A DNA stretch of 64,000 bases from Paramecium tetraurelia (taxonomy: Eukaryota). Below, piece by piece: positions 1 to 12,608 of the stretch. The position numbers were made by a program, and so were the translations under genes. Within the stretch, counting starts at the first letter, position 1, and the number at the start of each line of letters is the position of its first letter. Under the pieces are notes generated by a model. The model saw only the letters and a program-made list of their open reading frames with translations, ran no database searches and was not told the DNA's origin. The DNA lies in contig CT868668.1 of NCBI GenBank assembly GCA_000165425.1, positions 248,001-312,000 of the forward strand. Direction: 5' to 3'.

Positions 1-1061
1 ATTAAGATGTGAATTGCAAAACATAAACACCGCTTTCACCATCCAATACGTAGATGTCACCATTTGGTTCAAGTTGGAAATCCATAATTGAAAATTTTTA
101 TTTTGTTACGTCAGTACCCAATAATCCAGCCAATTCAATCTTGGTCAAATATGCCACAGGAGTTTAAGAAAATTTCTTGTTACTATATTTATAAACTTCC
201 AATTCACAATCATCATCCAACTTGTCATTACCCAAATCGGCAAAGTCAGTTGCCCATGCAGGCTCTGCTCTGAACAATAATGATATCTTGTCAGCTTCCA
301 AACCTCCATCCATATCCTATTCAGATGTTGAAAAACTGAAATTATGAAACGCTATCTTTCTGTCTTCGGTATAATTATAAAGATATCCTTTTGGATGCTC
401 ATTTGGTGAGAGATCGTAGTGCTATGAATCTTGTAAATCAACCACGATAAATCCATTATGCCATCCCAAATTGGCTGGGTCATCCAAATCTGGCTATTGA
501 CAATCTATGACTATCAAATAGTTAGTCAAAAAATCCAAATCGTGGCATACAAAGGACACTGTTGTATTTCTGACATTCACCTAAGCATGGAATCTAGGGA
601 CCTAATCCATTTTTTAAGGATCACTAAATTATTTAATCAAATTCTACATACCCAAGTGCGTAGAATACGTCAATGTCTGTCTTGTTTTATTCTAAAAACA
701 CAAAGTCGTTCAACCATGCTCCATTATCGAAGGATCTATAAGCCTTGAGATTTTATATTGTCCCAATCGAAGCTTTAATTTAATTAATTATTCATACGAT
801 CACCATGAGGCACTGGATCTCCTATTTCAGACAGAGGATCCACTGTTTCAAAGTAGGGACAATCATTGTTAATCTTGAACTTCAAATTCTCCCCCGTGAA
901 GAAAAATTTTCGCATATCCCATTCCTTTGTTTCATTAACAGTAGCGTACACATTGTAATGCTAATTGATTGTGTCTAAACATAATCAATACACTTCATAC
1001 CGCATTTTTAAGCTAAGATTGCCGATGACATCACAGCTAATATCAGAATTGCTCTCTTCAT
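1..1061 (-). CDS. Secreted/membrane protein with signal peptide, 5' part (runs off window start); possibly beta-propeller-like ectodomain
   Basis: Code-6 translation MKRAILILAVMSSAILAQKC, 26-nt intron, DTINQHYNVYATVNETKEWD...MDFQLEPNGDIYVLDGESGVYVLQF; hydrophobic signal peptide; no stop reached inside the window. Confidence 0.7.
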
Positions 1062-1809
1062 CACTTATTAATTATTAATAATTAAGGATATAAAGATTTT
1101 TTGTTTAAATACTCCCGAATAATCATGTTCTATATTATGTACATTTATTCATTTAAAATAAATTGCATAAAAGATAAACAAACCCAAAAAAACAAATTAT
1201 GTGGATTACATTATATTAAATTATATTATTAATATATAAATCAATTAGAATTTAGAATTTGATTCTTCTTTATCATTTCTGGCCCAACATAACTCAATTT
1301 AAAGTAAAATTCAACTTGATTTATCGATGATCATCCGTCTCAATCTCATAGGCAGTATGCTAATTTCAACGATTAAAATTTCAGAAACTGGAAATCAATA
1401 AATGATAATTATTCAAATATTATTCTCAATTTAGAGAAAAGCTAACAATATTCATGGATAATTATGTTTCCATCTTGTTATGACAGGAACTTAATGATAA
1501 AAAATGAAGTTGGAAATGAGAACTTCCTCTATGAAATTATATTTTTTTAAGTTTTATAAATGTATTTCTCTATAGATAATATAATTTATTCTAGAAAATT
1601 GTTTTTTGAGGGGGGTAATAATATTTATTTGCAAATTTTAAAAAATTTTTATTTTAAAGTGATTACGCAGTATAATTTAAAAATCTTAGTTTTCTAGATA
1701 AGCAATTCTAATCCACAATTAATAATCGTATTAATTATTAGAATCTTTTCTAAAATTGCACTATAAATACACCATGGAAAAATGACAGTAATTTATTAAT
1801 ACTATTTTC

Positions 1810-3020
1810 ATGAAAATTTTTCACACTTTGCTTCTCAGTTTCGTAGTTTATGTTGCTATCGCAGCGGAAACAGCAACCACTTGTACAGATGATCAAGTGT
1901 TAGTAAAAGGAAAGTGAAAGGATGCCAAAAATTGCAAAACTTAAATTGGTTTCTTTAAGCAAACTCAAGCCAACGGCAAGAAACACATAGCCAAGAGACC
2001 TTAATTTACCACAAATTATAAGGATGGAAATCTTCAATTCTCATTGACATTTACTAATGCCAAAGATTTCTAGACATCTGCAGAAACTGGATTAAGTACC
2101 ACATGTATTCAGGTTAATTTGAGAAGATTCGGCGCTGCCTTTACAAATGAAGTAGCAGACACTTCTGTAATTACCTCCACCTAATAAGACACCTCAAGAA
2201 TCTGGAACTTTAGTGTCAATAAAGAGTATTTAAATTATATATATATAGTTAATTCGACTCATTATTTTTGAAGGACGAATCTAACGACGAGATCAAATAC
2301 ACTGGATTTTATGCCATATCAGTGACCTTGTTATTACCAAATGATAATGGAGTAAAACCCTTGGCTTTCTTTGCTTTTAAATTCTCGGCTATTTTCAGCA
2401 AAGATTTAGCAACCCTTAAATCAAGTGAAATCAAACCAAAAGTACAAGCCGAATAAGTTTGTGCTGATGATACTGGAGAAAAATGTGTCAATACTGCTCA
2501 ATCTACATTGACATTGTGTGCTGATGAAACATGTGAAACACCTCTAGCAACAAATGAACTCGTGGTTGGAGACACCATTTATGTTAAATAAACAATCACT
2601 TAAGATGGATTTAAAGGAGGAAAATGGAAACCCATGGATGCTGAAATTACAGTCGTTGCTGATGGAGTGTCAAAGACAGTGAAGCCTAAGAAATTGGATA
2701 AAGGATAGAATGGAGAACAAATGTATCAACTTAAACTAAACTTCTTGGGTAATAAAGTCACCATCGCTTCTGACGCCACATTGGGAGATACAACTGCTGC
2801 AAGAATCTTATAAGAAACAGCTGATGATCCTTCAGTCGTCGGTTCCACTTCTGTTTCTTGCATTAAAGAGACTTCCTCTAGCACATGTCCATCCTAAGAT
2901 TAAGTACTTACATATAACTCAGAAAATTGTGCAGGAGTCTCCTGTGATGATGAGGATCAAAGCTCAAATGCAATGATGTTCAAAGTCGTGATTGCATTGT
3001 TAGGATTATTGATATTATGA
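1810..3020 (+). CDS. Cys-containing, probably GPI-anchored surface protein, with one in-frame TGA at codon 36
   Basis: Signal peptide MKIFHTLLLSFVVYVAIA; intron near 2226-2248; C-terminal hydrophobic tail SSNAMMFKVVIALLGLLIL*; frame is open apart from TGA 1915-1917. Confidence 0.75.
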
Positions 3021-3116
3021 ACAAAATAGAACATACAATATCTAAATATATTATTTTCACTTATTATTTTCATTAAATACATTATCGAATATAAAATAAT
3101 GAAAATAACTTAAATA

Positions 3117-3852
3117 TCATTATTTCTTATCAGGTAATTTTTTTTATCCAGTGAGTATTTTTTCAAGATCCCCATTTACTTTGGCTTTTATATCTGCCTT
3201 TAATTAGGAAACAATATCTGCATGAGCTTCTTTAGTTTGCTATCTTTTAATTTCATCTTGCTATTTTGTATCCAACAATTTTTATTCCAAGGATTCCACT
3301 TGTCTTTGCAATTCTGAACACTCCGAATCCAATTATTTAATTCTCAATCGATATTCAGCCTAATTAAATATTTTTGAATACTTTTTTTTCTTCTTCGGAT
3401 AAAAATTTTCTCATCCCAAATGCAATGCTTGATGCGTACAAAGTTTAATAAGTTTGAATGACCATTCTCACTTCATTACGGACTGTTACTAAGAGCATAC
3501 CTCGCTCTGCACAATTAATTGTAATTTGTCTTATTAATTCATCAAAACACTATGAGTATAACTCCTCTCTAATTGGACATAGACCAGTCTCTCTAGCCTA
3601 CCTTTATTATAACCATTTATCTAATTTATCTTATAATTCAAGCACATCTTGTTTGGTTGAGGGTGCAGGAGAAACACATTACATTTACAATTGATTCTTC
3701 TGATGATTAAATTCTCTGGGAAGCAGAATGGCATTCAAAATATCTTCAGTATTGCTTGGAGGCTGTTATTTAATTTATTTCTTTTGACTGTTTGAAATGA
3801 GAATGGGATTACTATATTTAACAAGACTTGGAGCTGGCTATATGTCGTTCAT
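3117..3852 (-). CDS. DNALI1: Axonemal dynein light chain p28 (DNALI1-like), divergent paralog
   Basis: EDILNAILLPREF...RQARETGLCPIREELYSQCFDELIRQITINCAERGMLL...YASSIAFGMRK, the p28 signature. Confidence 0.92.
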
Positions 3853-3988
3853 TAATTATAATAATTTTCAAAGTAATGAAATTACTTTATCATATAATAT
3901 TTCCCTCTACTACTCCAGTAATTAGATCTCCCTATTCAAAATATCATACTAAGCCCTCATGCCTTGATAATCATTTTTCGTAAAACTA

Positions 3989-4768
3989 TCATTTAATTTC
4001 AAATTACTTGTTATGCATTTCAAAAACCGATTCAATGGATTGTATTTGTTAAATGTAAAGAGATGATGCTTGACTAACTACACTCATTGCAAATTCATTT
4101 ACAAGTTGAAGCACTCCCTTAAACTTCTTTTGAACTTCATCTTTAAATTTTTTATTTTCCAACGCAAGCCCTTAAATTTTCTCTATTATGTTTCTTTTCT
4201 TCTTGTTATCTACTTGTAGTACTTTATTTACCGAAGGCATTTGCTCAATTTATGGTATACTAATTTAAGATTTTGTTAATTTAGTTGATTGCGGATAATT
4301 GTATTATTTGCCATCAAGCTGTGTAAATTTTGACATCATGCGTTAATATTATTGTTTTGAGAACACTAGCTCCTATTGCAATCTATTAATTTTGAATTCC
4401 TGCAATCTAATTAGATTGTCCTATTCATCTATTTTGGTTCGCAATTCTTTGAGAGTATTTTCAACCTATTATGAATAGGAAGTATTTGAGATATTTTTCT
4501 CATATTTCCCATTCATAATGATTTGTAGTTTTTCAATGTCAATTTAAACTTTTGATGGATTTATAACTGGCCTTGTATTAACCTGCAAAAGTTATTTAAT
4601 CTTTTTGCTTGATTGCTATCCTACATGTATTAGCACCTTTCTACCCTAATCAGACTACACGTTGTTGGTGGTTGAAGGAAGGGCTAGGTTGTTGATCGGT
4701 AATTTGAAAGGGAATGATGAATATTTGCTGTTTGTACGACGAGGCTGTGGAGAATGAGATTTTTACAT
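3989..4768 (-). CDS. Hypothetical coiled-coil protein
   Basis: Open code-6 frame MQKSHSPQPRRTNSK...ENTLKELRTKIDEQDNLIRLQEFKINRLQQEL...FEIK*. Confidence 0.7.
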
Positions 4769-4988
4769 TTTTATATTAACAAGACATCTCGTGATATTAC
4801 TTAAAGAAAAATGACACCTAATTGTAGCTAGATTCTTTCTTGGTCTTTTTCAGACTATTATAGACTGAACTTAGAAACCTATCGACTAGGTCAGAAATGA
4901 TCTGATTTTTCTATCCACAAAATCTTTTGTAAATCTAAATATCGAATCTCAATATGTATTCTTACAGATATATTTAAATAACTCAAAA

Positions 4989-5756
4989 ATGAGCTTCCCG
5001 CAATAGGATTACTTGGCAATGCTCAAAGCCAAACCTCCACTTTACGCTCCAGTACAGTAAACTTCATAAACTCCCATGATTTATCCAAATACACAATTCC
5101 TGTAAGCATCATCCTCCTCCTTCCTCCCATATATACCCGATATACTTATTACTATAAACTCTTATAATGTTTTAGACAACCATTAATGAACTACACACCT
5201 TATTATATGATGATGCAACAATTGTAATAAATGTAGTAGCTGCAACAACTACCTCAAATGGCAGCCATGAGAATTCCGATGATGCCTTAACAGTCCCAAA
5301 TGCAAACACTGCCCTAACCCGTTATGCCACTCTAGAATTAGCCGCAGAATCCACCCCAACAAAAAATCGATCATGACATTGCTGTCTCTGTAAAAGGGAC
5401 AAAGGTGAAACTAAATCTCAAAATGATAAAAGATCTGCCTCTGGAAGAGAACAGCATCCTAGATTACGATGAAATATAAAAGTAAAGTGGCGATCGCAAA
5501 TACATAAATTTTAAGAGAAAACGTAGAGTCATAGATCAGTAAGAAGCCCCCTTGATGTAGACCAGAAGGAGGAGTGAGCAATCATAATGTACCTCTAGAA
5601 ATTGTATTCATAGATTTAGAAATCCGAGAATTGTTGAAGGTTGATGACAGAGACATGTCCTTAATTTTAGAGGCTTATCCTGATACCAAAATATTACTAT
5701 AAGGATTAAGGAAGGGAAACTTGAAAAAGGAAATTGAAAAGTTATTACTCAAATGA
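4989..5756 (+). CDS. Hypothetical protein with Q/P/M-rich N-terminus
   Basis: MSFPQQDYLAMLKAKPP...YYMMMQQLQQMQQLQQLPQM...LKKEIEKLLLK*; needs introns 5102-5175 and about 5539-5560 to stay in frame. Confidence 0.65.
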
Positions 5757-5987
5757 ATTTGACTATACTTTTGATCATTTCTTAACTTAAGTCAATTAAG
5801 TATAGGTCTTTCAAACATCCAATATTCATCACCTGCACTTATTTGTGTGTTGTTAATTTCAATTCATTCATTTTTTCAATTAGTCCTTATGGGTTTTTGA
5901 ATTCAAATGTTTTCAACTTCAATTCTGGCATCACTTGCTTTGCTTCCGAATTTGTAATTGTAGTCTAAGTCAACATAAATTATTTTA

Positions 5988-6332
5988 ATGTAAAAAATTT
6001 ATGATGACTATAAGAGATTCCAAATGGACCTAGAATTCGTATAATTGCTGGCCAACCCCTAATACATCTATTAGCTAGCAACAAAACAATATTTTGAAGA
6101 TGATCAATTTGTCAATTACTTGCAATACTTATTATACTTCAAAAGACCTGAATTTTTGAAGTACATCAAATATCCTGTGTGCATCAAAATGTTAGACTGT
6201 TTATAAAATGAAGAATTTCGATTGTAATGCATCATATCATTAATCCTTAATAGACAAATGAAGGACAGGAATTTTGCTGATAAAATCAGCAAATAAATTG
6301 AAGTGACATTTTAAATATTATAAAGTAAATGA
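5988..6332 (+). CDS. MED31: Mediator subunit 31 (Soh1)
   Basis: RFQMDLEFVQLLANPQYIYQLATKQYFEDDQFVNYLQYLLYFKRPEFLKYIKYPVCIKMLDCLQNEEFR; one short intron. Confidence 0.95.
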
Positions 6333-6911
6333 ATATTCATCTCCTCTATTTATTTGTTGCTATATTGAGTTTTATAATTAGGCTATTCAATCATTCCACC
6401 TTATTATTATATTCTACACTAATGAACTAAAATTCTAGCTTATCACAATTTATCACTAACTGTTGCTACAAGTCTTAGACAAATCATTATTGGTCTTTTG
6501 GAACCAAATAGTTTCAATAGGATTCTTATACATTTTATCTCTTCAAGAAATAAAGAGTTTGCCATTAAGTCTAAAATTAATTCTGATGATTTTAAGCTTT
6601 TAATGATAATTATTTGTCTTCTTTGATAACAATAGAATGTCAATTTAGCTAATGGCTTTTCTTTTCTGCTATTTTGATTGTTTTATGAATAATAAATTGA
6701 ACAATTAAAAGTATATATATAACTCAAATTTCAATTTATTTTTTCTGTATTTGAATCAGATAATTGAATTCCAAAAGTGTTAACTATTGAACAACCGAAT
6801 TGTCAGATAATAAAATTTTATTTACTTAAGAAATAGAGTATAATAACCAAATGATTGAACAAGATGATAAATTAAAAAATGGAGGATAATCACAATAATT
6901 CATACAATAAT

Positions 6912-8147
6912 TCAAATCATGTCTGATTATTCATGTACTTCTTTTTATTATTATTAGGCTGGTTGTTTTTATTTTTATTGAGAAGGAGCCTGATCCTTAT
7001 CTCCTCCCCTTGTAAAAACATCCTTTTTGTATTTCTACTATTTCACACTAAGCTTTTCATTATGCTTAACAGGTTAAGCCTTATAATCATGAGTATCTAA
7101 AGTTGATTTTAAGGTATCGATCTTCTTTTATGAGGGATCAATCTCGTTTATTTATGATTAAGAAGGATCGAAATCTTTCATATTCTTAACAGTATCAGTT
7201 TATTGCCATGTTTAATTTGTAGGGATTAACTTTTATTTTGCAGCTGTGCTTTGGGTTTGTTTTTATTCTCCCCCAAATACACTAGATTATAACTCTTGTT
7301 CTTTTTTGTTCTTTGCAAATGTGTCTGGATCATAATTCTTACCACTATTATCGACTGCCTTAGTAGAAGTAGACCATTTTTGATTCTGGGATGTTAATTT
7401 TTCTTACTTACCTTGTTATTAATAAACTTTCTTTTCGTTTTATCCAAAAACATTTGATGAGTTCTCTAATTATTTTCTTTAAGATGGATCAACATCCTAC
7501 TTCTATTACTTTTTAACCGTTTCTTTTTTTTCTTCTAATGAAACCTTTTGTGTTGGTAAATGTTCCTTTCCGATTTCATTTCCATACAATTCCTTGACTC
7601 TTCTGTTGGCTGGATCATATTCCTCTTTTGGTTTGAATTCCTTCAATGTTTATGTTCGCTTAATTGATTTATACTCATCAAAATCTAATATATAGATCGT
7701 TATTTTAAAATACCGCTTTTTCCAAACAAAAAATCTTTTCCATGATCTTGATGTCTTGCTTCAGTATTCTTTCCTTTATTTTAGGTCTTAATTGTCTCTT
7801 TAGCTGTGTGTGTATTATTGGCAGAGGGATCAACTTAAAATATATTTGATTGATAAGTTTTTGTCTATCTTGTCTACAAATTATTAGAGTAATATCTTAC
7901 TTCAACCCTCGATTAAGCAAGTGATTAAGTTGCACTCTATTCAACCCCAAAAATATCTGTTTTAGCACGATTCTATTGTCTGCTTGGTGTTTAGACTACA
8001 GGACCTGAATTAACACCAAAGATATCAGATCGTTATTGTTAACTATTTTATATATGATAACTCCTACTTTTATCTAACAGAAGGTGCTTAATCTATAGTC
8101 TATTTTTAAGGTCGCGATCCAGCAGCAGGAATGTTCTATGGATCCAT
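6912..8147 (-). CDS. Low-complexity protein with repeated [ST]-x-[IV]-F-G and DP[SA] motifs
   Basis: MDPQNIPAAGSRPQ...SDIFG...TDIFG...SNIFQVDPSAN...YDPANRR...SSNVFG; several short introns. Confidence 0.7.
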
Positions 8148-8172
8148 AAATATAATAATATATTTTATATAT

Positions 8173-10438
8173 TCAAATTTATTAATCCATATCAAATATT
8201 TGCTGATTGAATGTTTTGATATTGCCAATAGCAAACTCTAAAATCTCAATGAACTTCTTTCTCTCTTAAGATTTTCTTCAACTTATTTACTAAATTTTAT
8301 CACATTCCTGAAAAGAAGTTGTTGTTTCTTTTATAAAATTTCAAAATTTTTAATAATTATCATTATTCCAAGTTAAAAGCTGATGTCATAATTTCCTATT
8401 TAGATTATTCACTTTCAGACTCAAACTATTCACTTACATATTTATCAAATGTAACATATTGATCTCCTCCATTCTTTTAATTATCCTTCACAATCTACAC
8501 TTATTTATGATCTATTTATTCTAATTAATCCAGTTCTGATAGTTTCTCTGGACACTCTTCAATAACTGACATCTCAGCTTTTTAATTTTATTAATTGTTC
8601 AATTCAGTCAATAAGAAAGAGAGTTGCTAATCTTATACTTCCTTAACCTCGTATTTTAGCATCTCCTCATAATTTAATGATTCAACTCCTTTACTTTCCA
8701 AAATTCCTTATACTATCAAATAGTCCAACTCAAATTAATTCAATTCTATATTTAATGACATCAATGATTCATTAAACTACTATTTACTCACTCTTATACA
8801 GTCCTTTCCATAAAGTTGCTTGATATTGCTTTAAATAAATGGTTTAAACTTAGTCAACACATCCTTTATTTTATCAGAATGCAGCAATTAATTTTTCACT
8901 ATCTCCAATTTATAATTCGACAATATTCTCCTTAAAACCGAACGAATATAAGGATTATAATTCGAGGCAGTCTCCAACAATTCGTAAACGTCATTCTCAC
9001 CTTCCATTATATAACGAGAAACCACATGAGCTTCTTCAGTTGTTAAATTAAAAGGATAATGCCTTAACTTATCCTTCAGTTCCTTCAAAGTCATAGAGTC
9101 TCCTTCAAATAAATATTCGTCTAATTATGAAATGCTAATATCCATAGCCATCAATCTATATTTCAAAGTCTCTCCTATATTTTTGATTTCTTCAAATTTC
9201 ACTGTTACAATTTTTCTTCTTTGAGGTTACTTTACTAATTTTTAGATTTCCTCTTAGATAACTATTGATTTTTTAACAGGCAAGGCAATTTCTTGCATAA
9301 TTTCAGTTGCAAAAACAGGAGATTAGATTTTAGTAATTTTTGATTTTGTTGAAACATCAACTCTTTGAGACTGAGGTTAGATTTCTTAGGTATCTGATTT
9401 TTATAATTTTTGTAGCATAGTTAGTTCTTTAATTTGTGTTTCGAGATCGAAAATATATTGATTTAATCTATCTATTTCATATTATTTTGCTTAATTTTCT
9501 TATTTTGCAAACATCAAGTCTGTTAGCAATTACAATTCATCTGGCTTTGTGAATTGTTAGGTCTCTTTACTATTTTCTTTTTATGAATTATTGGTTTCAT
9601 CCTTTAATTGGATTATTAATTTTTTAATTTCCTTTTTGCTTCTAAATTCTTATTCTATTTATTAAGACTAAAAATTATTAAAGATTTATTATTACTCTAT
9701 ATTTCAAGCATTCTTTTTTAAGTCTTTCAATTATTTTTTCCAATTCACTTTTTTATATGGCATTCTCTTATATTTTTGCTATTAATTGAAATAATCTCTC
9801 TTGAATAGCTTATTCTACATTATTCTATTGTAGATTGTATAAACTAGCTTAAAATAATTACTCAATTTATTGTCTTAATCTAATAGTCTCTTCTTAGAAG
9901 GCAGTTCTTTCAATTTACAATTCGTTCATTTAAGTAAATCTCTAATTTTTCTTCATATTGATGAGTTCTTAATCTTTTTTTTGCAATTCTAATTTCATAT
10001 TATTTAATTCTTTTTTTAGTGCATTCAAAGCAGTTGCATAATTCATTGATCTCAACAGTTACGTTTTGACAGGACCAATACGATCTAATTCCTATAGCAT
10101 CTTCTCTTGTTTTAATTGATTATCTAATTTAAAAATTGGAGATGCTTACCTTCTAATTGATGAATTTTAGTTTTTAGTTTGAGATTTTCATTTTCCAAAG
10201 AATTTAAATGGTTTTTCAGATAATTGATTTCCTATTCATATTTTTCCTTGTCATGATACCGAAATGAACTTGGTTACTCAAGCAAAGAATAATTAGCGTC
10301 TTCAAGTCGTCTTTTTCTACTAAAGCTTTGTCTTCCAATAAGTTCCGAAGTATCAAGCATTTATTTATTTCTGTTACCTCCAACTTTAGCAGATTCTGCT
10401 CTAATCTTCCTTAACTACTAAAATAAAGTTGCTTTCAT
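8173..10438 (-). CDS. Large coiled-coil protein with a possible EF-hand-like C-terminal region
   Basis: MKATLFQQLRKIRAES...LENENLKLKTKIHQLE heptads; contains ORF-track fragment 8888-9094; ends FDMDQQI*. Confidence 0.7.
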
Positions 10439-10452
10439 TTTTATAATTAATA

Positions 10453-10793
10453 ATGTCTGATATAGAGGAAACAATCAATAGAATCAAAACTCATAAATCA
10501 GTACAAGGAATAGTTATTTGTAACAATGATGGCCAAATCATACGCAGCACCTATGGAACAGAAAGCAAAGAAGGTGAAAATATAGCAAGAACAATCCCGA
10601 CTTTAGCAGCCAAGGCCAAGTAAGTTACTCAAATTTCATCTGCAGATCAACTGTCAGAGACCTAGATCCCATGAATGAATTGACCTTTCTACGCATAAAG
10701 TCGAAGAATAACGAGATTATGGTCGCTCCCGATAAGGAATTCTTGTTGATTGTCGTTTAAGGACCAAAAGAAGAAAAAAAAGAAGAAGAATGA
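10453..10793 (+). CDS. DYNLRB: Dynein light chain roadblock/LC7
   Basis: [27 protein letters not shown]...[38 protein letters not shown]; one intron. Confidence 0.96.
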
Positions 10794-10825
10794 GAAATAA
10801 ACATTTATAATATATAAAAATATAA

Positions 10826-11805
10826 ATGCAGCAAATCAACTAGATAGCAGATAATCTCTACTTAATCCAACAAGGCAACAATTCCTACATCCACCGTCGA
10901 GTAGGCCCATCTGAGGTAATGTTTCATTTTAAGTTCATTAGACTGTAGTCATTAAATCAGTGTTTCATGGACAACTTTTCATTGAAGATGATCACACCTG
11001 CAACTCTGTTCATTAAAGAGAATGCCAAGATCTATAAAATGAATGGAAAATATTGAGTTAACTCAATCACCCAAACATCATTAAACCATAATAATTCATC
11101 CCTCATCATCAATTAGATCCTGTGGGAGGGAACCTCTAATGTTGCAGTCTCCTCCTTGAAAATGCCACCTGTGATCTCCACACCCTCTGTAAGACAAACG
11201 AAACATCACTCAAAATTATAATCAAGTACTTCACTTAAATTTCTATTGCCCTTGAATATTTACATTCATAGTATATAGCACACAACGACATCAAGCTAGA
11301 AAACATGTTAGTCTTTAACAGAAATTGTGTCAAGCTAGCAGATTTTGGCTTCAGCTACAGACCTTCCTTTGAAGATCTCCTTTCAAAATGGCTCCCCAGA
11401 ACCCTCACTCCTTATTCAAGTCCAGAGATTGTTAACTTTAGACTCAATTTAGAAGATGGAGAACTTCAAGAATTTTGCTTGTTTAGTGCAGATGTTTACG
11501 CCTTAACAACAGCACTATTTCTGGCTATTTACAAAAGACCTCCAATTATGGGATAGTTTCCAACTAAAGATGATCAATTTTATCAACTATTAATTAATCA
11601 GCCTGACCTATTTTGGCAACTCGATTTTATCTAGAAAATAGATTAGTAATTAATAAGAGAAAATACTCCAAAGGAATTATTGGAGAATTTAAAAGATTTA
11701 ATAGAAGGTGGACTGGCAGAAGAATACAATCGAATTACTGCTACTGAATTTGTTAATCACGAATTCTTTAAATACGCTCAATAAATTCAGGGAAACTAAT
11801 TTTGA
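10826..11805 (+). CDS. Divergent Ser/Thr protein kinase
   Basis: VVIK, LNHPNII, IAHNDIKLENMLV, VKLADFG, YSSPE, ADVYAL motifs. Confidence 0.88.
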
Positions 11806-12608
11806 AATATTCAATTAATATTAGATACTCAACATGGATAATCTTTAATGTCATTTAAATTATCTAATCTCATCATCTTTTTCTTTTAAAATTAATTTAA
11901 ATCCTTGAGAATTTATAATATTTTTATAAATTTATTTTTGGTTGTTTTAATTAATTAATTATAAATTCTCTATTTTTTTCTTTTAGCTTTGAGTCTTAGT
12001 GATACTGCTCTTTTCAATCCATAATACTTATGTGTATCAACAATGGTTATATATGGAACCAATTATCTAAATATAGAAAAAATGAAGATGTCCTCATAAA
12101 TTATTTATAAATTTGTCCCATTTATTGTATTTTTATAGGATGGAGTTTTAATTTATTTAATCTTAGAAAAACACATGGTTAAGAAGCATTAGAGTCTGAT
12201 TGGATTTATCTCTACAATAAAATTTAATATCAGAATATTATATAAATTTCAATTAAAACGATGTATAACATAAATCTATTTTTGGAATATGAATTAAAAC
12301 TTGGTAAATAATCATTAATTTAATAATTATTTAACATGCTCTAATTCATATATTTATTTTTAATTAGATTAATCCTAATTCTTTAAGCTTTCTTTACTTA
12401 TGGATGTTTCTTAATTAATATTAAAATAATCAAATTAATGAAATCAAAGATATTAAACTCCTATTTTTGTAGTGCCATCATATGAAATTAAGAATTAGCG
12501 TATACTCCTAATTAAGGTTTGTCTTTTGAAAATTGAAATTATTATTATAAAAAAAATAGTTTCTAAATGAGATTATAATAATAATAATTTCAGAAATAAA
12601 ATTTATTT

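Noticed and set aside
88..748. ORF-track + strand ORFs (88-273, 458-748) and similar ones such as 3458-3694, 36531-36767, 40859-41110, 41472-41711, 55886-56098, 58552-58830, 60551-60763
   Set aside because: They are antisense shadows of real genes on the opposite strand.
3021..3116. Possible SECIS element for the in-frame TGA gene
   Set aside because: Short AT-rich region with no convincing AUGA/GA quartet stem visible by eye.
6340..6720. Coding-like sequence on the minus strand (ORF 6443-6643)
   Set aside because: TGAs occur in all frames and I could not build a coherent gene model; possibly a gene remnant.
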